A stretch of 64,000 nt of DNA from an uncultured Ohtaekwangia sp. (GTDB lineage: Bacteria > Bacteroidota > Bacteroidia > Cytophagales > Cyclobacteriaceae). Of this stretch, positions 18,054 to 25,999 are shown one piece after another (positions within the stretch are counted from its first letter, which is position 1; each line of letters opens with the position of its first letter). The notes under the pieces are model-generated. The model had not been told where the DNA came from. It saw only the letters and a list, made by a program, of their open reading frames with translations, and ran no database searches. The translations under genes were made by a program, and so were the position numbers. The stretch lies in assembly GCA_964436055.1 (NCBI GenBank), contig CAYTBO010000003.1, positions 537 through 64,536 on the forward strand. The letters are read 5' to 3'.

Positions 18054-18334
18054 CCCAATTGGTCAATGACCTCAGAGCGGGAGGCTTCAATCCTAGCCGT
18101 GCGATATTGTTTGGATCAGTAGCGAAAGGGTCAACTCATTCATTGTCCGACATTGATGTAGCTTTGTGGGATAGAAAGTTTACTGGTGCCAGACCATTGG
18201 ATTATGAGGTACTTGTGAAATTCTTACGCAATTACCCGCGCATGGAGTTGCATACCTTTCAGGAAGGCGAAACAGCCGATGACAATCCTTTTATTAGAGA
18301 AATTGAGAAAAATGGGATTGAAATCGAGCTGTAA
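18020..18334 (+). CDS. Minimal nucleotidyltransferase (MNT), partner of the HEPN protein
   Basis: LFGS-x10-DID (GSVAKGSTHSLSDID); overlaps the HEPN gene by 34 nt. Confidence 0.88.
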   Translation: MVTIRIAKERITQLVNDLRAGGFNPSRAILFGSVAKGSTHSLSDIDVALWDRKFTGARPLDYEVLVKFLRNYPRMELHTFQEGETADDNPFIREIEKNGIEIEL

Positions 18335-18376
18335 ACATTATTGTTCTAACTCGTAGATACTATTCATCGTATTCGA

Positions 18377-19834
18377 TCAGTCATCTCCCCATTTCCAGTC
18401 ACCCCCTATTTTCAGAGGTTCTTTCAGATTGTTATCAATCATAAACTGTTTGGTTGTCTCACTATCCATTTTCTGAGCCGGCAACTTATCAGCATTGGCC
18501 AGGCCGTAGAGAATCATAGTTCCAAATCGGGCAGTGTTGATCAGATGGGTTTCATTCACCAAATGAAAATCGTCACAATCTGAGTGGTAGCAACCATAAA
18601 TTGAACGATCAAGATTGCTGATCACGCCTACGATAGGAACTCCTTCCAGCATGAAAGGCTGATGGTCGCTGTGCAGACCTGAGCGATTAGTAAATTGATT
18701 TTGGAAGAGGGTATCAATACTTTGAATTTCCGCTCCGAGATTGGTGAAAAAATCAGGATCATCCAATTTGCCACCCGCATTGATTCCTATAGGATTTCCG
18801 CTCATGTCAAGGTTCATCATATACTTTACATTTTCTATGGTGCCGGTTTTTATTTCCTGCTCGACCATATAACGTGAGCCAAGTAGACCTTGCTCTTCAC
18901 CCATAAACATCACGAACTGTACCGTACGTTTTGGCTGTAAGTTGTTCGCTTTGAATCCCCTGGCAATATCCAACACTGAAAAAGAGCCAATGCCATTGTC
19001 GATTGCACCGGTGGCCAGATCCCATGAATCGAGATGTCCACCGATAATGATACGTTCTTCAGGAATTTCTGATCCTTTGATGGTAGCCACCACATCGCGT
19101 GCCTTGATCAGGTCGCTTTTGTTGGTCATTTTGATGTTAGCCTTTACTTCCCTGGACTTAAGTTTTTCCTTCAACGCCATTCCGTTTTCTTTGCCGATGC
19201 ACACAGCAGGAATGGGAATCAACTCACCGTTCACGGAGGCGGTACCTGTCAGCAACACACCGTTATCAACCTGATTGATGATTATAATGCCAGTGGCGCC
19301 ATTCTTAATCGCCAACGCTGTCTTTTCGCTTCGGTGTAGGTTGTTCAAACCTTCAGGGCTGCCTTCTAAAATTCCGATATAAACCACAGCAATTTTTCCT
19401 TTTACTGCATCGGGTTTGGATATGTAGTCTGCATCCAGTCCATTACCCATGTCTACCAGAGACCCGGTGAGATCTGCCTCCAACGGTGAGTGGCCTAAAG
19501 TAACTGCAGGTACGGGTTCATTGTCAATCTGTACATCAATTTCACCTCTCGACCAGGCCTTTACTTCAAATTCAAGGTACTGCACATCGTCAACGCCATA
19601 CTCTTTGAATTTGTTGTAGGTATATTCCTCTGCTTTAAAACCATTTTCCGATCCTGTAAGCCGGTGACCAATAGTAGCGGTTGATTCTTTGAGTGTGGCG
19701 TATGCCTTCGAGTTCTGAAGAACTTCGTTGTTGATGCGCTGAAAGGTTTCAGAAAGTGTTTCTTTTTTCTCCGTACAGGCAAATGTCAGGGCAACAAACA
19801 GGAGTGCTAAATAATTGTAATGTGAACGTATCAT
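18377..19834 (-). CDS. M28 family metallopeptidase with PA domain (carboxypeptidase Q-like), lipoprotein
   Basis: IIIGGHLDSWD, GAIDNGIG, FMGEEQGLLGS, NLDM, SDHQPF and YHSDCD motifs. Confidence 0.9.
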   Translation of the reverse strand: MIRSHYNYLALLFVALTFACTEKKETLSETFQRINNEVLQNSKAYATLKESTATIGHRLTGSENGFKAEEYTYNKFKEYGVDDVQYLEFEVKAWSRGEIDVQIDNEPVPAVTLGHSPLEADLTGSLVDMGNGLDADYISKPDAVKGKIAVVYIGILEGSPEGLNNLHRSEKTALAIKNGATGIIIINQVDNGVLLTGTASVNGELIPIPAVCIGKENGMALKEKLKSREVKANIKMTNKSDLIKARDVVATIKGSEIPEERIIIGGHLDSWDLATGAIDNGIGSFSVLDIARGFKANNLQPKRTVQFVMFMGEEQGLLGSRYMVEQEIKTGTIENVKYMMNLDMSGNPIGINAGGKLDDPDFFTNLGAEIQSIDTLFQNQFTNRSGLHSDHQPFMLEGVPIVGVISNLDRSIYGCYHSDCDDFHLVNETHLINTARFGTMILYGLANADKLPAQKMDSETTKQFMIDNNLKEPLKIGGDWKWGDD

Positions 19835-19911
19835 AGTTTATGTTAAAAATTGGGCCGAAAGTTAATCAATGTATGGAGTGGGATTACAAAAAAAGTTACA
19901 AGAGGTGAGGA

Positions 19912-20820
19912 TTACGCAGTTTGCGACACCGTAGGGGTTCTGGCCCAGTAAGTAGAAAGTGCAAGACCTGATAATATATGCCAGATTCCCCACCAGGCAG
20001 CCACAATAGCCATTCCCCCAAGTCCGCTGAAGAAACTGAAAATAAGTATAAGCCCAAGTCCGGAATTTTGTATTCCTGTTTCAATAGCCAGTGTTTTGCG
20101 CGAATCCTCATCCAGTCTAAAAAGTTTTCCGGTATAATACCCTAATGCCAAAGCTGTCAGATTATGAATGAACACAACCAGAATAACCAGATGTATGTAT
20201 TCAAGAAAAGCATCCAGATTATTGAAAAACGCTATCACAACAAATGAAGCAAATATGAAAATAGAAATTGGTTTTACCCGTCTGGATAATTTGGATGAAA
20301 AAACCGGATACCGGTGACCAACATACATTCCCAATATCAAAGGAACCCCAATCAGAATTACAATGGTTTTGAATACATCCCAGGGATTCAGACTGATTTC
20401 ATGCAGAATGTTTGCCGTAGGAGCATAAAGGCTGGCCCACAATTGCAGATTGAGAGGAGTAGTGAAAATGGCGAGCATGGTTCCTAATGAAGTCAGGCTT
20501 ACCGATAATGCTGTATTGCCTTTGGCAAGGTGGGTCATAAAATTTGAAATATTACCACCAGGACATGCTGCAACGAGCATCATACCCAATGCAATGCTGG
20601 GCTCAGGCTGAATAAACCGCACCAACAGAAATGTAACAGCGGGCAACAAAATAAATTGGGATAATAACCCTACTGTTGCCGCTTTAGGAGAAAGGAATAT
20701 TTTCTTAAAGTCAGCCCACCTGATGTTCAGCGCCACACCAAACATGATAATAGCAAGACAAAGATTCAGAACCTGAAGTGAGTCTTCACTAAAATTAAGC
20801 CTGACTGAATCTATCGACAA
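19912..20820 (-). CDS. Bile acid:sodium symporter (BASS) family transporter
   Basis: LVAACPGGNISNFMT and IETGIQNSGLG motifs, multiple transmembrane segments; TTG start. Confidence 0.92.
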   Translation of the reverse strand: MSIDSVRLNFSEDSLQVLNLCLAIIMFGVALNIRWADFKKIFLSPKAATVGLLSQFILLPAVTFLLVRFIQPEPSIALGMMLVAACPGGNISNFMTHLAKGNTALSVSLTSLGTMLAIFTTPLNLQLWASLYAPTANILHEISLNPWDVFKTIVILIGVPLILGMYVGHRYPVFSSKLSRRVKPISIFIFASFVVIAFFNNLDAFLEYIHLVILVVFIHNLTALALGYYTGKLFRLDEDSRKTLAIETGIQNSGLGLILIFSFFSGLGGMAIVAAWWGIWHILSGLALSTYWARTPTVSQTA

Positions 20821-20835
20821 GTGCGGTAAGGGAAA

Positions 20836-22464
20836 TTAAAGTTTAGAAATCGCAGGCTTGGCGTCAGCCAAATGAAGTATGTTATCCAGCTCGGTTGTTA
20901 AGTCATTTTCCATTTTTGTGTCACCCATCACTTGAGCCGCGTTCAGTTTTCCCTTTAGGCTCAGTACTCTTTTCGGTGCACGACTCAGGCTATAATCAAA
21001 CTGTTGCATGGCTTCTTCAGCACGACCGTTATTCAATAACCATTCTCCATACATTTCAAACGAAGGTTTTACGATAGCCGGAGGTCCGTATGAATAGCTG
21101 ATACTTTTTTCAAGATCCACAGCCTTTTTCAACCATGATTCTGCTTCCTCCTTGTTACCGTTTGCATCTGCCAACGCACTCCTCAATTCCATTTCCATTA
21201 CATAAGCCTGATCTACATCCAGTTGGTTTGCTTTTTGAGATTCCCAACCCACACCACTACACATGGCAATGCCTTTATTTTCTAGTTGAATCGATACTTT
21301 AGTTCTTTCCTTTTCCAGGAAATTGATTTTTTCCTCAAGCCCAGCTTTATCTCCTTGTTTTAGCAATTTCATTCCGTCCAAAAATTGGTTGATTCCAATG
21401 ACGCTAATATTCAAACCCGACTGATCGATGTCAATATCAGCTATTTCTCCATCCCAGTCCTCAGCTTCAACCAGGTAAGTGCCTTTGATCAAACTCATGT
21501 GTACCCGGGCGCGGCCCGATGGCAGCTCTCCGGTGTATTGTGCCATTTCCTTTGCAATTTTTTTAGCGTCTTCGATTCTGCCTTGTTGCAGATAGCCATA
21601 AAGCAACCAATGGAAGGCATGATAACCTCGAGCATCGTTATTTAGTTTTTTCTTATCCATCCGGTCTATACTTGCCTGATAGGATAATTCATTAGAGCGA
21701 ACCACTTCATCCCACATGCCGGTAGCCACATAAATGTGAGATGGCATGTGTAATGCATGGCCTGCAGCAGACGCAACTTCCATATATCGATTAGCCGCCT
21801 CTACAGCATTGCGTGCATGGTTTGGATCATCATAAGAGTGAATTAAATAATGAAGCGCTCCCGGGTGATTAGGGTTTTCATCTAAAATACCTTTGGCAAT
21901 GATGGCTCCCTTTTCATATACTTCTTCGTCTCTACCTACGGGCACGGATCCAAGCAAAGAAAGAGCATAAAAAGCTGCTGCTTCCTGGCTCTTGGGATAA
22001 CGCTCATGCATCTCAGCCATAAAATCTCTGTATTTTACATCACGTTCGTATTTGGTCCCCTCACTGTAAAGCATATTCACGGCTTGCATGAAATCTTTTT
22101 CGATGGGCGTTACACATCGCTCCACTCTTTCTTCTACAGAGGGACTGAGTTTATTAAGTGCCGCTACACCAGCTTCGTAATCTTGTTCTGCCCACAACGG
22201 GTGGTTATAAGTCATTGCCTCCCCCCAGTAAGCCATAGCCATGGTTGAATCTTTCTCCTGCGCATTCAGAAATGCAATGGCGGCATCATCAAATTCAAAA
22301 CTATGTAGCAACAACAATCCCTCTTCAAAATATTTTACTGCCTCTTCTGTTCCCGTTACATCAAAATAAATGGTGCCTAGTTTATCATCTGTTTTATTGG
22401 GCTTATCGCATGAAAACAAAAAAAGGAGGACAAGCAATGCCGGAGTGATATTGTGAATTCGCAT
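20836..22464 (-). CDS. TPR-containing lipoprotein
   Basis: Preferred start MRIHN at 22464 with lipobox LFSC; GLLLLHSFEF, HPGALHYLIHSYD and HALHMPSHIY motifs; TPR-like helices. Confidence 0.8.
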   Translation of the reverse strand: MRIHNITPALLVLLFLFSCDKPNKTDDKLGTIYFDVTGTEEAVKYFEEGLLLLHSFEFDDAAIAFLNAQEKDSTMAMAYWGEAMTYNHPLWAEQDYEAGVAALNKLSPSVEERVERCVTPIEKDFMQAVNMLYSEGTKYERDVKYRDFMAEMHERYPKSQEAAAFYALSLLGSVPVGRDEEVYEKGAIIAKGILDENPNHPGALHYLIHSYDDPNHARNAVEAANRYMEVASAAGHALHMPSHIYVATGMWDEVVRSNELSYQASIDRMDKKKLNNDARGYHAFHWLLYGYLQQGRIEDAKKIAKEMAQYTGELPSGRARVHMSLIKGTYLVEAEDWDGEIADIDIDQSGLNISVIGINQFLDGMKLLKQGDKAGLEEKINFLEKERTKVSIQLENKGIAMCSGVGWESQKANQLDVDQAYVMEMELRSALADANGNKEEAESWLKKAVDLEKSISYSYGPPAIVKPSFEMYGEWLLNNGRAEEAMQQFDYSLSRAPKRVLSLKGKLNAAQVMGDTKMENDLTTELDNILHLADAKPAISKL

Positions 22465-22537
22465 AAGATGTGATTTAGGATAAAAATAAAGATACAAAAT
22501 CAATACCGCCCCTGAAACAAGAATTATTTGAGCAGTG

Positions 22538-22891
22538 TTATCGGTTCACTTTTCCACCTCCCGACAGCTCGGTAAACATACTGTTGAAAATGGAAAGGAT
22601 AAGACTGAAACCCATCGCCCACCAAAAGCCATCTACATCAAAGCGGGGCACAAAATAGTCTACCAACAAGATAATTAAAGCATTGATGACCAAAAGGAAC
22701 AATCCCAACGTAATTACTGTGATAGGAATGGTGAGAACGATCAGTATCGGTTTTACTAATACATTGGCTAAAGACAGAACGGCAGCCACCAGCAGGGCAT
22801 ATCCATAATGTTCAACATGGACCCCCGGAAGCAAATAGGCTGTTAGGAGCACGGCAAGGCCTGAAAGTAAGAAACGTACGATTCCATTCAT
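22538..22891 (-). CDS. Phage-holin-family (4-TM, YvlD-like) membrane protein
   Basis: N.LVKPIL..LT.P.T..TLGLFLLVINA motif; no phage genes nearby. Confidence 0.88.
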   Translation of the reverse strand: MNGIVRFLLSGLAVLLTAYLLPGVHVEHYGYALLVAAVLSLANVLVKPILIVLTIPITVITLGLFLLVINALIILLVDYFVPRFDVDGFWWAMGFSLILSIFNSMFTELSGGGKVNR

Positions 22892-22960
22892 GATCTTGAA
22901 AATTTGATTGAAGTTCTGCTTTTAACTGCAAATGTCAAACTCTAAGTTTGCTAATCCACT

Positions 22961-24331
22961 ATGTACGCGATTGTTGATATTGAGACTACCGGAGGCTACG
23001 CTAATCATCACAGGGTAACGGAAATTGCCATCTATCATCATGATGGTATTCAGATTACAAATCACTACCAGACGCTCATCAACCCTGGCCGAAGCATTCC
23101 TTATTTTATTACCGGCCTTACGGGAATTAATTACGAAATGGTCAAGGAGTCGCCATCATTTTCTGAAGTAGCCAATGAAATTTATGAGCAACTCAAGGAC
23201 AAAATCTTTGTAGCACACAATGCGCATTTTGATTATAGTTTTTTAAAGAAAGAATTTGAAGAAGTGGGTATAAACTGGAATGCCAAAAAACTTTGCACGG
23301 TAAGGCTAAGCAGAAAAATCATACCTGGTCTCAATTCCTATGGGCTTGGCCGATTGTCTGAAAGCCTGGGTATAAGTATTACTAATCGTCACCGTGCTGG
23401 TGGAGATGCAGAAGCCACCGCTCAGGTTTTTGATCTTTTGTTGAAACGGGATTCGGAAGGCGTAATTGCCAAAGCATTGAAGCGTAACTCGGGTGAAACA
23501 ATTCTTCCGCCTAATTTGCCAAAAGAAGACTTTGATAAGCTTCCTGCCAAAACGGGCGTGTATTACTTTCTCGATGCGCGAGGCAATGTTATTTATGTGG
23601 GCAAAGCTGTGAATATCAAGAAACGAATTGCGGGGCATTTTACAGGCGATGCCCGTGAATGGAATCGCTCCAATATCAGAAATGAAATTCACCACATCAC
23701 CTACGAGTTGACGGGCAGTGAGTTGATTGCTTTGATTTTTGAATCTCAGGAAATTCGGAGACTATGGCCTAAGTATAACCTGGCACAAAAATTTAAGACA
23801 GAAGAGTGGGGCATCTATGACTACGAAGACAGGTCTGGGTACTTACGATTCAGTGTCAATCAGGTGGCGCGGGGCACACGGCCGCTGATCAGTTTCAGCT
23901 CCAAGGGTGATGCATGGAATTTTATGTGGGAGAAAGTGAGGGAATTTGATCTGTGTCCAAAGTTTTCCGGTTTGCAGGTAGCCAAAGGATTGTGCTTTAG
24001 TTATCAAACAGGGGAGTGCAAGGGAGCCTGCATGGCAGTAGAGACGGTGAAGCAATACAACAAGCGCGTCCAACAGGCTGTCGATTCGTTTGTTGAAAGT
24101 GGAAATTCCCTTGCCATCCTGGGTCGCGGAAGAAAGAACAATGAAAAGTCATTGGTACTGGTAGAAAATGGAATCTACCTGGGATTCGGATTTGTTGAAA
24201 AAGAGGACTCAATTACCGACTTCGAAACGGCAAAAAATTATATTAAAACCAGTAAGGAAAACAGAGTGGTACAAAATCTTGTCAATTCTTATTTGGTAAA
24301 CCCGAGAGGAGCAGAAGTCATTTCATTTTGA
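22961..24331 (+). CDS. DEDDh 3'-5' exonuclease fused to a UvrC/Cho-like GIY-YIG nuclease domain
   Basis: AIVDIETTG, FVAHNAHFD, HRAGGDA; GVYYF..IYVGKA.N..KR; Cys cluster LCP...CFSYQTGECKGAC. Confidence 0.9.
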   Translation: MYAIVDIETTGGYANHHRVTEIAIYHHDGIQITNHYQTLINPGRSIPYFITGLTGINYEMVKESPSFSEVANEIYEQLKDKIFVAHNAHFDYSFLKKEFEEVGINWNAKKLCTVRLSRKIIPGLNSYGLGRLSESLGISITNRHRAGGDAEATAQVFDLLLKRDSEGVIAKALKRNSGETILPPNLPKEDFDKLPAKTGVYYFLDARGNVIYVGKAVNIKKRIAGHFTGDAREWNRSNIRNEIHHITYELTGSELIALIFESQEIRRLWPKYNLAQKFKTEEWGIYDYEDRSGYLRFSVNQVARGTRPLISFSSKGDAWNFMWEKVREFDLCPKFSGLQVAKGLCFSYQTGECKGACMAVETVKQYNKRVQQAVDSFVESGNSLAILGRGRKNNEKSLVLVENGIYLGFGFVEKEDSITDFETAKNYIKTSKENRVVQNLVNSYLVNPRGAEVISF

Positions 24332-24589
24332 GATTTTTTTGGATGATTATTCCAGAGCACTGACGGCTATTTAAAATCAAAGAATTTTATCCTTACCGCA
24401 ACAATATGAGCGGAGAACGGTGAATATCACATGCAGAATAAGTTTGGGGATATCCAATTGGTGGTCCGGGGGATGGTTGTTCAATTTGATCTCGTTTAAA
24501 GAGGTATGTGACCACTCCAGCTCCCTATGTAAGATGGTTTGAACCTAATTATTTAATATTGCGCTAAAATTTGAGGTAAAAGACAGGAT

Positions 24590-25579
24590 ATGGCGTTCGA
24601 AACGGCAACAGAATTACAGCAAGAGCAAACTCAGAAGATCAAACAGGTATACACTGAAGTGGCCAAGGTGGTAGTAGGTCAGGAATATATGGTCAACCGC
24701 CTGCTGATAGGGCTATTCACCAATGGCCATATTTTATTGGAAGGAGTACCGGGATTGGCAAAAACCCTGACGATAAGCACCCTTGCACGCGTATTGCACC
24801 TTGATTTTGCCCGAATTCAGTTCACCCCTGACCTCTTGCCGGCCGACCTCGTGGGCACAATGATTTATAATCAGAAAGACGGAAAATTTGAAGTGAAGAA
24901 GGGGCCTATTTTTGCCAACATTATTTTGGCAGATGAAATAAACCGTTCCCCTGCAAAAGTTCAGTCCGCCTTACTGGAAGCCATGCAGGAGAAGCAGGTT
25001 ACCATTGGCGAGACATCCTTTCAGTTGGACAGACCCTTTTTGGTGATGGCTACTCAAAATCCCGTAGAAAATGAAGGTACCTATCCTTTGCCGGAAGCGC
25101 AGATCGACCGATTTATGATGAAGGTGTTTGTGAACTATCCAACAAAGGAAGATGAATTGGAAATCATGCGCAGAATATCCAACATGCAGTTTAGTTACGA
25201 GGTAAGTCCGGTGCTCACCAAGGAAGATATTTTTTCTATTCGCAATGAAGTGAACCGGGTAAAAATTTCTGAATCACTGGAGAAATACATCATTGAGTTG
25301 GTCAGCGCTACACGCAATCCTAAAGAATATAAACTTGATCACGAGGCACAATACATTCAGTATGGCGCCTCACCACGTGCCAGCATCAATTTAAATCTGG
25401 CTTCGCGCGCCATGGCTTACCTCGATGGGCGGGATTATGTATTGCCAGAGGATATTAAAGAAGTGGCATTGGATGTGATGAATCACCGGATTATTCTCAA
25501 CTATGAAGCCGAGGCTGATAATGTGCGTACAAGCGATATCATCAAGGTGCTGCTGACGAAAGTGCCGATTACAAAGTAA
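24590..25579 (+). CDS. MoxR family AAA+ ATPase
   Basis: LEGVPGLAKT, RIQFTPDLLPAD, LADEINR, ATQNP.E.EGTYPLPEAQ.DRF and GASPRA motifs. Confidence 0.95.
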   Translation: MAFETATELQQEQTQKIKQVYTEVAKVVVGQEYMVNRLLIGLFTNGHILLEGVPGLAKTLTISTLARVLHLDFARIQFTPDLLPADLVGTMIYNQKDGKFEVKKGPIFANIILADEINRSPAKVQSALLEAMQEKQVTIGETSFQLDRPFLVMATQNPVENEGTYPLPEAQIDRFMMKVFVNYPTKEDELEIMRRISNMQFSYEVSPVLTKEDIFSIRNEVNRVKISESLEKYIIELVSATRNPKEYKLDHEAQYIQYGASPRASINLNLASRAMAYLDGRDYVLPEDIKEVALDVMNHRIILNYEAEADNVRTSDIIKVLLTKVPITK

Positions 25580-25916
25580 TCTTTCTGGTGGATTTTTAGA
25601 TGGGTGGATACAACTTCTTTAGAAGGTAGAATATAAGATTTCAAAAACCAAGGTAGCAATACCTGTTAGAATAAAGCCAATCATATAGTTAAGTTGGTGC
25701 GCCTGATCAATAAACCAACTCAATTAATGAGAAACTGAATACTTTACATTCTTATTACTTCACTAATAGTTTACGTGTTAACCAAATTTTAACATATTTA
25801 AGCCAAAATTATCCCAATGTTATTCCGCTTAATGAACTAACAGCCTCACATTCAATTGACTTATCGCAATATTGCGATTTGAAAATGGTCTCGATAGGAG
25901 ATTTACGGTGGTCTTA

Positions 25917-25982
25917 TCAAGCCTATTTAACAATTACGTAATATAACCTTGCTCAAGAGGTAATATCGCCACTGTAACTTTG
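25917..25982 (+). promoter_or_regulatory. Promoter of the TonB receptor with 11-bp-phased boxes
   Basis: -7 element TAACTTTG at 25975-25982; TCAA 25917, TAAC 25928, TAAT 25939 and TAAT 25961 lie at multiples of 11 bp. Confidence 0.6.
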
Positions 25983-25999
25983 CAGGCAAATTAAGCCTC

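Noticed and set aside
22538-22891. Prophage suggested by the holin-family gene
   Set aside because: No integrase, terminase, capsid, tail or endolysin nearby; this 4-TM family is common as a lone chromosomal gene.
24332-24589. Possible gene remnant between the exonuclease and moxR
   Set aside because: The reading frames examined give short stop-interrupted peptides with nothing recognisable.
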